Below, piece by piece: positions 42,347 to 51,793 of a stretch of 64,000 nucleotides of DNA. Below the pieces are notes generated by a model, which searched no databases, had not been told where the DNA came from, and saw nothing but the letters and a program-made list of their open reading frames with translations. Within the stretch, counting starts at the first letter, position 1, and each line of letters starts with the position of its first letter. The translations under genes and the position numbers were made by a program. Source of the DNA: an uncultured Gemmatimonadales bacterium (GTDB taxonomy: Bacteria; Gemmatimonadota; Gemmatimonadetes; Longimicrobiales; RSA9); the NCBI GenBank assembly GCA_963798085.1, contig CAWCRS010000010.1:32001-96000 (forward strand). Direction: 5' to 3'.

Positions 42347-42874
42347 TCAGTAATGGCAGACGGCGCAATCCGTCCGTACCTGCTTCTGGCGATGGCACTG
42401 CACGCACCATCCCATCCACAGGTTCTGATTGAGGCGGATCGTGCGCATGGTTTCGACGGGGCCGTGACACTGCTGGCAGGTCAGCCCCGCGTTCAGGTGA
42501 CGCATGTGCGGAAAGTGGGCGTGATCGGGCAGCTTGTAGATGCGCACCCAGGGAATGGGCTGCTTCTGGTTCCAGTAGGCAACCAGCTGCCTGATGCCCG
42601 TGCTGTCGCGGCGGAACAACGGCTGGCCCGCGGCGATATGGCAACCGGCACACACCTGCACGGCGGGCATTCCGGCGTCCACGGAACGGTCCGCCGAGTA
42701 ATGGCAGTACTCACAGGGGATCTGGTTCAGACCCGCGTGCAAGTCGTGCGGAAAGGCGATCGGCTGCTGCGCGGGAGGGCTGCCGAACGGGGCGAGGGAT
42801 GCCGCGATGACTCCGGTGCCCGCGAGAGCTACGGCCCCGGCCAGGCCGTACGCGGCCCATCTCATATTGACCAT
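42347..42874 (-). CDS. actA: Alternative complex III subunit A, pentaheme cytochrome c
   Basis: Five CxxCH motifs (CEYCH, CAGCH, CQQCH, CVQCH, CAVCH), QPIAFPH, MGWC and an N-terminal TM. Confidence 0.9.
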   Translation of the reverse strand: MVNMRWAAYGLAGAVALAGTGVIAASLAPFGSPPAQQPIAFPHDLHAGLNQIPCEYCHYSADRSVDAGMPAVQVCAGCHIAAGQPLFRRDSTGIRQLVAYWNQKQPIPWVRIYKLPDHAHFPHMRHLNAGLTCQQCHGPVETMRTIRLNQNLWMGWCVQCHRQKQVRTDCAVCHY

Positions 42875-43240
42875 CGCGTATCCGGTTGTCTTGTCGGATC
42901 CATCGTACCCGGGGACCAGCGCTGCGCGAGGCGCGCGCCCGCCCCGTCTCGCGGGCGGCAGGATATCGCGTGCCTCCGGCCCGCGCAAGGCGACGCCGGG
43001 TATAGTGCAGGACACCGCCGCGTGCCGGGGGCCGCTGCCTTCGAGATCGCCGGTCGCGGTTGTCCCGGCGTTGCCCCGGCCGCAAGTTCAGGCCGGTAAC
43101 TTCCAGCATCAGTTGTGCAGGGCAGATGCGTCCATGACAAGCGACGACGCGCGTTGCGCTGTGTGTGCACGATATGAGCATGAGTGTGCCGGCACAGGCG
43201 GCGCATTTTCCGGGATTTGCTACAGGACAGGAAGCCGCGC

Positions 43241-43816
43241 ATGATCGGAACAAGAACATGGCTGCTCGCGCTCATCGCTGTTGCCGTCGCGGCGTGTGCG
43301 ACGCTGCACGGCGGCGGGGACAGCGGAGAGAGTCGTCTGCAGCAGGGTCTCAGCGCGCTGGCGCGCCGCGACTATGCGGCGGCCGCTGCGCCGCTGGATG
43401 TGGCCAGCCGCTCATCGAAGCCCGAGATCGCGCGCTCTGCGCTGCTGCTGCTCGCCATCATGCAGATGGATCCGGCGAACCCGGACCGGCAGCCCGATGC
43501 CGCGCTCGAGGGCGTGGCCCGCCTGCGCGCCAGTGGCATTCCCGCCGATCACGAACAGGTGATCGGCGATGCACTGGAGCGCGTGCTGCGGCAGACGCGC
43601 GATCTGCAGAGCGGCCTGGCCGCGGCTCAGGCGCAGCGCGATACGGCGTTCGCACGCATCGATTCACTGCAGCTGCAGCTGGGAAGCATGACCGCCGCGC
43701 GCGATGCGGCCACCCGGCGCGCATCACAGCTGGAGCAGACGGGCGCCGATTGCGACAAGGAGCTGCAGAAGAAGACGCAGGAGCTGGAGCGCATCAAGCG
43801 CGCGATTCGCGGATGA
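43241..43816 (+). CDS. Helical/coiled-coil lipoprotein
   Basis: VAAC lipobox, TPR-like helices and a long C-terminal coiled coil ending ELERIKRAIRG. Confidence 0.75.
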   Translation: MIGTRTWLLALIAVAVAACATLHGGGDSGESRLQQGLSALARRDYAAAAAPLDVASRSSKPEIARSALLLLAIMQMDPANPDRQPDAALEGVARLRASGIPADHEQVIGDALERVLRQTRDLQSGLAAAQAQRDTAFARIDSLQLQLGSMTAARDAATRRASQLEQTGADCDKELQKKTQELERIKRAIRG

Positions 43817-43829
43817 GAGAAAACGGGTC

Positions 43830-45302
43830 ATGACGCTACGTCGTCGCCTCAGCCTCACCATTGCCGGCATCGTCGTGCTGCTGGTGCTGCCGTCGCTGTA
43901 CGGCGTCAGCCAGCTGCGCACACTGCGCGACCTGGCGCGGCTGCAGCGGCAGAACTACGGCAACGCGCACATCGCCCTGGGCGCCGTACAGTCCAACCTG
44001 CTCGAGCTGGCCCGCTCGGCCACGCAATACAATGTCGAACCGGACGCGGACCGTCTGGCTGCCATGCTGAAGGCGCTGGATGTGGCGCGCGGTGAGATCA
44101 CGAAGCTCAAGTCCGGCTACCCGGTGGCGGCACAGCGGACCGACACGCACATCGACAGCATTGGTGTGGCCGTGCGCCGGCTGCAGCTGCTGATGGATGC
44201 GGATCGCAAGGATGACGCGACCGGGTACCTGGACACGCTGAAGGCGCTGGTCACCGGCACCGACCCGATCCTGCGCGATGTCTCGACGGAAATCGACCAG
44301 CGCAGCCAGCAGAACCTGGACGAAGCCGGCGCCATCAGCACGCGCGCCGCCGTCAGCTCACTGATCGCGTTGTTCATCTGTCTTGCCGTGGCCGCTGCGC
44401 TGGGCGCCTGGACCACCCGCGCCCTGACGCAGCCTGTCATTCGCCTGCGCAATGCCGTGGCCGTGGTGGCCGACGGCGATTTCACGGTGCCGCGCGACCT
44501 TGCCTACAGCCGCGCCGACGAGATCGGTTCGCTCTCGCGCTCCTTCCGCGCGATGACGCACCGGCTGAGCGATCTCGATCGCCTGAAAGCCGAGTTCCTG
44601 AGCTTCGCCACACACGAGCTGCGCACGCCTCTTAACGTCGTGTCAGGGTACGCCGATCTGTTGCGCGACGGCACCTACGGCGACCTCTCGCCGTCGCAGA
44701 CAGAGGCGCTCGAGGCGATTCGCGATCAGACGCGCGTCATTGCACAGCTGGTCAACCAGCTGCTGGACATCGGCCGGCTGGAGGCGGGCGGCCTGCGGCT
44801 GCATGTGCGCGAGGTCGCCTCCGCCGAGCTGTTCCAGCGCATCGAGCGCGCTTTCTCGCCGCTGGCGCAAAAGAAGGAAATCACGCTGAGCGTGTACATC
44901 GACGAGACAGTGCCGGCAACGCTCGATGTGGACGCGGACCGCCTGAGCGATCAGGTGCTGGGCAACCTGCTGTCGAACGCGCTCAAGTTCACACCGGAGC
45001 ATGGCGATGTGCGCGTACTGGTGCACCGTGACGAGCAGGACCTGACCATCGAAGTGTCGGACACCGGTCCCGGCATTCCCGAGGACAAGCTGCCGCACAT
45101 TTTCGAGAAGTACTATCAGGTGAGCGACGAGGCGAGGCGGCGAGGCGCCGGGCTCGGCCTCTCCATTGCGCGCGATGTGGTGCGGGCGCATGGCGGCACC
45201 ATCGAGGCGGAAAGCACGCCGGGCCAGGGCACGACATTCCGCGTGCGACTGCGCGTCGGCGCGGGCAGCAGGCACGAAGCGTTCGTCGCCAGCTCCGCCT
45301 GA
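43830..45302 (+). CDS. Sensor histidine kinase (TM-periplasmic-TM-HAMP-HisKA-HATPase)
   Basis: DEIGSL HAMP, THELRTPL, NLLSNALKFT, DTGPGI and GAGLGL. Confidence 0.94.
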   Translation: MTLRRRLSLTIAGIVVLLVLPSLYGVSQLRTLRDLARLQRQNYGNAHIALGAVQSNLLELARSATQYNVEPDADRLAAMLKALDVARGEITKLKSGYPVAAQRTDTHIDSIGVAVRRLQLLMDADRKDDATGYLDTLKALVTGTDPILRDVSTEIDQRSQQNLDEAGAISTRAAVSSLIALFICLAVAAALGAWTTRALTQPVIRLRNAVAVVADGDFTVPRDLAYSRADEIGSLSRSFRAMTHRLSDLDRLKAEFLSFATHELRTPLNVVSGYADLLRDGTYGDLSPSQTEALEAIRDQTRVIAQLVNQLLDIGRLEAGGLRLHVREVASAELFQRIERAFSPLAQKKEITLSVYIDETVPATLDVDADRLSDQVLGNLLSNALKFTPEHGDVRVLVHRDEQDLTIEVSDTGPGIPEDKLPHIFEKYYQVSDEARRRGAGLGLSIARDVVRAHGGTIEAESTPGQGTTFRVRLRVGAGSRHEAFVASSA

Positions 45303-45456
45303 TCCATCACATTCCCGAAAACCACTGCGCAGTCTCGCCTCCGTTGACGGCGGGGACTGACAATTGCGCGGCTGGCCACAACTGCCGCCGCCTGATCCTT
45401 CACTCCGATACTGGTGTAGGAGTGCAACTTCGCCGGGCGCGCACAGCACGCGATTC

Positions 45457-45528
45457 TGGGGTGTAGCTCAATGGCAGAGCGGCCGGCTGTTAACCGGCAG
45501 GTTGCAGGTTCGAGTCCTGCCGCCCCAG
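45457..45528 (+). tRNA. tRNA-Asn (GTT); CCA not encoded
   Basis: TGGGGTG/CGCCCCA acceptor stem, TAGCTCAATGGCAGAGC D arm, CCGG-CTGTTAA-CCGG anticodon arm and GGTTCGAGTCC T loop. Confidence 0.96.
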
Positions 45529-45649
45529 CTCCAGTTCCGTCAGCGGTGCAGCCCGCGCGCTGGCGCGCCCGCGAATCCGGGTTATCCTTCCCGTCATACG
45601 CAACGGAAGCTGCACACCCCCGAACCCTGGCAACCGTCGCGCGCTCCCC

Positions 45650-46270
45650 ATGATTGCGCTGGTCATCGCCGATGATCAAACGCTCCTGCGCGAAGGCGTG
45701 CGCAGGATAGTGGCGGAGCACGCCGATATCGAGGTGGTGGGCGAAGCGACGAGCGCGGACGCGCTGCTGGCGTTGCTGGGCACCACGCAGGCCAATGTGC
45801 TGCTCCTCGATGTGAATCTGCCCGGCCCCGGCGTGCGGCGACTGATGCTCGACCTGCGGCAGCGGCGGCGCCGGCCCCGCGTGCTCGCGCTGAGCGGCAA
45901 TCCCGACCGACGTCACGCACTCGCCGTACTGCGCGCGGGCGCGGCCGGTTACCTCACCACATACCACTCTGGCGCGCGTCTCATCGAAGCGATCCGCCTG
46001 GTAGCCGCGGGCCGGCGCGTCCATCTGGAATCACCCGAGCGCTTCGAGGGCTCACGCGCACGCGACTGGCCCGAAGGCCTCTCCGACCGCGAGCGCGAAG
46101 TGCTGCGCCTGCTGAGCGGCGGCCAGACCGGCCGCGAGGTGGCCCAGCAGCTGGGTCTCAGCCCCAAGACCGTCAGCACCTACCGCACCCGCATCATGGA
46201 GAAGCTGCGCCTGCACAGCACCGCGGACCTCGTGCGGTACGCCCTCGAGAAGGGACTGGGCGAGGACTGA
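45650..46270 (+). CDS. NarL/LuxR-family response regulator
   Basis: IADD, LLDVNLP, LSDREREVL and LSPKTVSTYRTRIMEKL. Confidence 0.92.
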   Translation: MIALVIADDQTLLREGVRRIVAEHADIEVVGEATSADALLALLGTTQANVLLLDVNLPGPGVRRLMLDLRQRRRRPRVLALSGNPDRRHALAVLRAGAAGYLTTYHSGARLIEAIRLVAAGRRVHLESPERFEGSRARDWPEGLSDREREVLRLLSGGQTGREVAQQLGLSPKTVSTYRTRIMEKLRLHSTADLVRYALEKGLGED

Positions 46271-46312
46271 GCTGCGTTCTCCCCGCCATGTCGCGCTCGG
46301 TCGTGTGTGGGT

Positions 46313-46759
46313 TCAGGGCACGATGGCGGTGGCTTCGATCTCGAGCAGCGCGCCTGCCTCGAGCAGCCCTGCCACCTGCACCAGCGATGTCGCCGGATAA
46401 TGCCCCGCGAAGCGCTCGCGGAACGCGGCGCCCAGCGCGGCGCGCGCGGCGGTGTAGTCAGCGAGACTGGTCACGTACCACGTCAGCCGCACCACGTGTC
46501 GCGCCTCGCCGCCGCCCGCGCGCACCACCGCCAGCACGTTGTCCAGCGCCTGCGCCGCCTGGCGCGCGAAATCCTGTGTTGCGAACATGTGTGTCAGCGG
46601 ATCCCAGCCCACCTGTCCGGCCACGTGCAGCGCGGTGCCGCGCGCGGCCACGCCTTCCGAGTAGCCGGACGGACGCGGCCAGCCTTCGGGACGGAGCACA
46701 ACGGACGCAGGCGACGACGGGTCGTCCGCCTCTCTGCGCGCGCCGGGCCGCCCGCTCAC
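46313..46759 (-). CDS. RidA/YjgF family protein (abm-cluster type)
   Basis: PEGWPRPSGYS, AGQVGWD, HYPA and EIEATA. Confidence 0.9.
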   Translation of the reverse strand: MSGRPGARREADDPSSPASVVLRPEGWPRPSGYSEGVAARGTALHVAGQVGWDPLTHMFATQDFARQAAQALDNVLAVVRAGGGEARHVVRLTWYVTSLADYTAARAALGAAFRERFAGHYPATSLVQVAGLLEAGALLEIEATAIVP

Positions 46760-48393
46760 GCCGTCTCTTCGCGCAGGCGGAAGCGCTGCAGCTTGCCCGT
46801 CTGCGTACGGGGCAGTGAGGCCCGGAACACGACTCGCCTGGGATACTTGTAGGGCGCGATGCCGGCCTTCACATGGTCCTGCAGCTGTTTCGCCAGGGCC
46901 TCATCCGGATTCCAGCCCGGCCGCAGCACGACGAACGCCGTCACCACCTGTCCGCGCTGCTCGTCGGGCAGCCCCACCACCGCGCACTCCTGCACGCAGG
47001 CGTGCTCTAACAGCACGTTTTCGATTTCCGGCCCGGCAATGTTGTAGCCTGCGGAAATGATCAGATCGTCGGTCCTCGCCTGGTACCAGAAGTAGCCGTC
47101 GTCGTCCATGATGTAGGCGTCACCCGTGAGGTTCCAGCCAGCCTGCACGTAGGCGCGCTGCCGCTCTTCATCGGCGAGGTAGCGGCAGCCGGTGGGCCCG
47201 CGCACGGCGAGTCGGCCCACGGCGCCGGGCGGCAGCGGCTGCCCCTCTTCATCGATGATCCTCGCCTGATAGCCGGGCACCACGCGGCCCGTGCTGCCCG
47301 GTCGGATCTCGTCTTCACGCGCACTGATGAAGATATGCAGGAGCTCGGTGGAGCCAATGCCATCGATGATGGGCAGGCCGGTGGCGTTCTGCCACAGCTC
47401 GAACGTGGCACGCGGCAGGGTCTCGCCCGCGGACGCGCACTTGCGGAGACGGCTGAGGTCATGGCTCGCCACATTGGGCGCCATGGCACGATACGCGGTG
47501 GGCGCCGTGAAGCACACCGTCGCGCCGTGCTGCGCCATGCCCGCCAGCAGGCTGGGTGGCGAACCATCCTCGAGCAGCAGTGTGGACGCGCCAATGCGCA
47601 GCGGGAACAGCAGCAGTCCGCCCAGGCCGTACGTGAACGCCAGTGATGGCGAGCCGCAGAAAATATCGTCGGGTGTGGGCCGCAGCGTGTGCCTGGGCCA
47701 GCAGTCGCAGGCAGCCAGGATGTCGCGATGGAAATGCATGGTGCCCTTGGGCACACCCGTCGTCCCCGAGGTGAACGCCAGCATGGCCACATCGTCCGCG
47801 GCCGTGTCCACGCTGGCGAAATGCGCGGGCTTGCCGCGCATGCGGGCCTCGAGGCCGTCACCATCCGTCGTATTGCAGGCGACGATGCGTCGCAGCGTTT
47901 CCGCCGTGGCCGCGGCCTTTTCGATTTCGTCCAGCAGCCGGGCATCGCACAAGGCGAGCGAGATGCACGCCCGGTCCGCGATCACCGCCAGCTCGCGCGC
48001 GCGCAGCAGCGGCATGGTGGCGACGCAGATGCCGCCTGCCTTGAGCACCGCCAGCCAGCACGCTGCTAACATTTCGTTATTGGGCAGGCGCAGCAGCACG
48101 CGGTTGCCCGGCACCAGACCCAGGTCTTCGACCAGAACGTGCGCGATGCGATTGGCCTGCGCGAGCAGCTCGCGGTAGGTCAGGACGCCAGCGCCGGAGC
48201 GTACCGCGACGCGCTCGCCGCGGCCCTCCGCCACGTGCCGGTCGAGCAGCTCCGCGGCCGCATTGATGCGTTCGGGATACCGCAGGTCGGGCAGGCCCGA
48301 GAAGTCGAGCACCGGCCACAATGCGCGCGGCGGCAGGTGATCCGCGGCAAACGTGTCGACGTGCGCGCTGGCAGTCGCGCGCGACTGGTTCAT
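46756..48393 (-). CDS. Aryl-CoA ligase, 2-aminobenzoate-CoA ligase (AbmG)-like
   Basis: SAHVDTFA, FTSGTTGVPKG, SAGETL, DGIGSTE and TGKLQR. Confidence 0.88.
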   Translation of the reverse strand: MNQSRATASAHVDTFAADHLPPRALWPVLDFSGLPDLRYPERINAAAELLDRHVAEGRGERVAVRSGAGVLTYRELLAQANRIAHVLVEDLGLVPGNRVLLRLPNNEMLAACWLAVLKAGGICVATMPLLRARELAVIADRACISLALCDARLLDEIEKAAATAETLRRIVACNTTDGDGLEARMRGKPAHFASVDTAADDVAMLAFTSGTTGVPKGTMHFHRDILAACDCWPRHTLRPTPDDIFCGSPSLAFTYGLGGLLLFPLRIGASTLLLEDGSPPSLLAGMAQHGATVCFTAPTAYRAMAPNVASHDLSRLRKCASAGETLPRATFELWQNATGLPIIDGIGSTELLHIFISAREDEIRPGSTGRVVPGYQARIIDEEGQPLPPGAVGRLAVRGPTGCRYLADEERQRAYVQAGWNLTGDAYIMDDDGYFWYQARTDDLIISAGYNIAGPEIENVLLEHACVQECAVVGLPDEQRGQVVTAFVVLRPGWNPDEALAKQLQDHVKAGIAPYKYPRRVVFRASLPRTQTGKLQRFRLREETA

Positions 48394-48406
48394 CCCTTCC
48401 TCCGCA

Positions 48407-49578
48407 TCAGGTGGCGGCCTTCAGCACCTGTCCCGCGATCACCAGCTTCTGGATTTCGCTGGTGCCCTCGTAATGCGCAGCGCGCGCACTTCGCGATAGA
48501 GCCGCTCCACTACTTCGCCCCGTACCACACCTCGCCCGCCCAGGAGCTGCACCGCGGCATCGACCACGCGCTGCGCCGCTTCCGTCGCCTGCAGCTTGGC
48601 CATGGCGGCCTCACGCGAGGCACGGCCCTCGCCCTGGTCCTGCGCCCACGCCGCACGGTAGACGAGCAGCGCACTGGCATCAATGTCCAGCGCCATGTCC
48701 GCGACGCGCGCGGCCGTGAGCTGGTGCTCGGCCAGCACCCGCCCGAAGGCGCGACGGCTCAGCACCCACGCGAGCGCTTCCGACAGTGCACGCCGGGCAA
48801 AGCCCAGCGCGGCCGCGCCCACGGTCGGACGGAACACATTCAGCGTGCCCAGTGCGATGCGCATGCCATCACCGGGCGCACCGATCATGTGGGAGGCGGG
48901 CACCACACACTCGTGGAGCGCCAGCGAACCCAGCACGTGCGGCGCTGCCGCCTCGATGCGCGCCGTGACTTCGAGCCCGGGATTGTCGGCGTCGACCATG
49001 AATGCGACGAAGGGCCGGTCGGTCTGGCCCTCCATGCGACAGAATACCACGTAATGGTGCGCGATACCGGCATTCGAGATCCACGTTTTCGCGCCGTTGA
49101 TCACCCAATGATCCCCTTGATGTTTCGCCGCCGTCTGCATGGCCGCAACGTCCGACCCCGCCGACGCCTCCGACAGCGCGAACGCCCCAATGCGCTCCCC
49201 CGCCAGCACCGGCGGCAGATACGCGCGTCGCAACGCGTCCGAGCCGAACAGCGTGACCGGCCCCGTGCCCAGCCCCTGCATGGCGAACGCGAAATCGGCG
49301 AGGCCCAATGCGGCCGCGAGCGCCTCGCGAATCAGGCAGAGCGAGCGCACATCGAGCCGTTCGCGCAGCCCGCCCCAGGCTGCGGGCACCACGTAGCGCA
49401 GCCACCCATCCCGGCCCAGCTGCCCGACGAAACGCCGGCACACCGCATCCACATCGTCGCCTGCATCGTTTTCGTCCCCGACTTCCGCCGCCGCCCACGC
49501 CGCCACCTCCCGCGCCAGCTTCGCATGCGCCGCGTCGAAGAACGGCCACATAAGGTAGCTCTCGTCACCGATCATCAT
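48407..49578 (-). CDS. Acyl-CoA dehydrogenase; frameshift at ~48472
   Basis: [17 protein letters not shown] and QLLGG. Adding one T restores [11 protein letters not shown] and a stop at 48407. Confidence 0.9.
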
Positions 49579-49619
49579 GCTTTTCGGCCTCGTGGCTGTC
49601 CCTTAACAGACTGTCAGGG

Positions 49620-49910
49620 AACGCCATTGCCGGGGCTGGTTGCGCCATGACGGACGGCGTTGCTGGCGCTGGTTGCTGGGGCTGGTTGCTCGGGAACGGA
49701 TGAACAACCGCTCGGCGCGGCACGAGGCACTGCAGCGGTTTCAAATGAGCCGTGCGCCATTCCATTCCGTTCCCCCGCAACCTGCCCAGGCAGGTTCCTG
49801 CCCGCATCCCCAGCCACGCAGTCGATCTCCGTCCCCCGGGCCAGCCCCGCGACGCTCTACAATCCGTTCCGAGCACCAGCCCCCGGCAACCAGCCCCCGC
49901 AACGCCGTGA
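49620..49910. repeat. Family B fold-back repeat element 1
   Basis: Left-arm units (C)GTTGC(C/T)GGGGCTGGTTGC..GGAACGG and a right arm of reverse-complement units CCGTTCC..GCAACCAGCCCC.GCAACGCC. Confidence 0.75.
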
Positions 49911-49917
49911 GTAACAA

Positions 49918-50739
49918 TCAGTTTCCCTCGAAAACGGGCTTCCGCTTCTCGACGAACGCGTGGTACGCGCGCACGAAGTCCTCGCTCTGCATGCAGATGG
50001 CCTGGGCTTCTGCTTCCGCGTCGATGGCGCGGTCCACGCTCATGTCCCACTCCTGGTGCAGGCAGCGCTTGGTGATGCCGTGCGCGAACGTGGGCCCCTT
50101 CGCGAGGTCGCGCGCCAGGGCATTCGCTGCATCCTGCAGTGCGTCGGGCGCGACGAGCCGGTTGTAGAAGCCCCAGCGCTCGGCTTCTTCGCCGCTCAGC
50201 GAGCGGCCCGTGTAGAGCAGCTCGCTGGCGCGGCCCTGGCCGATGATGCGCGGCAGCAGCGCACACGCACCCATGTCCGCGCCCGAAAGACCCACGCGTG
50301 TGAACAGGAACGCAACCTTGCTCCTGGCCGTGCCGATACGGAGGTCGCTGGCCATGGCCAGGATGGCGCCCGCGCCGACGCACGTGCCATCGATCGCGGC
50401 GATGATGGGCTGCGGGCAGGTGCGCATGGCCTTCACCACATCGCCGGTCATGCGCGTGAATGCCAGCAGCTCGTCGATCGCGCCCCGGCCGCGCATCTCG
50501 ACGAGCGGCCCGATGATGTCGTGCACGTCGCCGCCGGAGCAGAAATTGTCGCCATCGCCGGTGATAACAACGATGTTGACATCGTCGAAATCGCGCAGCT
50601 GGCGGAAGGTGTCGCGCAGCTCCGCGTAGGATGCGAACGTCAGCGGGTTCCTGCGCTCGGGCCGGCTCAGTGTGACCGTGGCAATGCCGCCGTCCACGGC
50701 CCAGCGGAAGCTGTGCGGAGCGATGTCGGTGCCGCGCAT
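49918..50739 (-). CDS. Enoyl-CoA hydratase/crotonase family protein
   Basis: [21 protein letters not shown] and GADMGA. Confidence 0.92.
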   Translation of the reverse strand: MRGTDIAPHSFRWAVDGGIATVTLSRPERRNPLTFASYAELRDTFRQLRDFDDVNIVVITGDGDNFCSGGDVHDIIGPLVEMRGRGAIDELLAFTRMTGDVVKAMRTCPQPIIAAIDGTCVGAGAILAMASDLRIGTARSKVAFLFTRVGLSGADMGACALLPRIIGQGRASELLYTGRSLSGEEAERWGFYNRLVAPDALQDAANALARDLAKGPTFAHGITKRCLHQEWDMSVDRAIDAEAEAQAICMQSEDFVRAYHAFVEKRKPVFEGN

Positions 50740-50745
50740 GAGCGC

Positions 50746-51525
50746 TCAGGCGGGCGTGAGGGCGAGTACGCGCAGCGGACTGCCGCTGCCGTTGACGATC
50801 TTGAGCGGCGCGGCAATGACGATGGCGCCGCGGGCGGGCAGCTGATCGAGGTTGCAGAGACTGGCCAGCCCGAACTTGCCGTTACCGTGCATGAAGGTGT
50901 GGTTGGGGAATGGCGGGTCGAAGGTGCCGGCCTGGCCGGCATCGGTGCCGATGGTCTCCACGCCCACGCCCAGGATGTCGCGCTCTGTGGCGAGCAGCAG
51001 CGTCGCTTCCTTCGAGAAGCCGGGACTGTGCGGCCCCTTGTCGTCGGCATTGAGGAACGAATTCGCATCCCGCCGCTTGCTCCAGTCCGTGCGCAGCAGC
51101 ACCCACGCGCCGCCGCCGATTCTGCCGTGCTGCTGCTCCCACTGCGCGATGCGCTCGGGCGTCACCAGGAAATCCGGGTTGGCCTTCGATTCCGCGGCAA
51201 TGTCGATCACGCAGGCGGGTCCAATGAAGCGGCGTGCCGGAATCGTGTCGCACGTGTTATCCGGCAGCTCGCGGCCGGTGACCCAGTGCACGGGCGCGTC
51301 GAAGTGCGTGCCCGTGTGCTCGCCCAGCTCGAGTGTGTTCCAGTACCACCCGGGACCGCGACTGTCGTACCGCGAGATCTCGGTGATCGTGAGGCCGGGC
51401 GATGGCGCGAAGATGGGCGGCAGTCCGATGACGGGCGTGTCGGGCCCGAGCGGCTGCGTGAGATCCACAATCCTGAGCGCGCCACTGGCCAGGGCATCGA
51501 CGAGCTGCTCGAGCAACGCGGGCAT
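50746..51525 (-). CDS. Cyclase family amidohydrolase (isatin hydrolase/kynurenine formamidase-like)
   Basis: GEHTGTHFDAPVH (HxGTHxDxPxH), GPGWYWN and GSGSPLR. Confidence 0.88.
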   Translation of the reverse strand: MPALLEQLVDALASGALRIVDLTQPLGPDTPVIGLPPIFAPSPGLTITEISRYDSRGPGWYWNTLELGEHTGTHFDAPVHWVTGRELPDNTCDTIPARRFIGPACVIDIAAESKANPDFLVTPERIAQWEQQHGRIGGGAWVLLRTDWSKRRDANSFLNADDKGPHSPGFSKEATLLLATERDILGVGVETIGTDAGQAGTFDPPFPNHTFMHGNGKFGLASLCNLDQLPARGAIVIAAPLKIVNGSGSPLRVLALTPA

Positions 51526-51793
51526 GAGTTCCGTCCGTGTGAGTGAGCGGATGAGGTGCGGCAGCCGATCGCGGCGAATCTAGACGACGTCACGCGCTCG
51601 TGTCCAATGGTCGGGCCGCCGTCCGCATGCGGGACATGCCGTCCCGCGTCCGGGGTGTGAGGGCGGCCCGCACCAACTCGCCGTACGGCGGCAGTGTGTT
51701 GCGCCGGCAGGAGTTGCGAGACACGCACGGCATGGCTCGCTTCTTCCGCTGAGAGGTGGGTTCCCCACAATGGCTCTCCACCGCCCCGGAGGC

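Noticed and set aside
45457..45528. tRNA-Asn as the integration site of a genomic island
   Set aside because: No integrase, no duplicated tRNA 3' end seen, and no compositional shift downstream.
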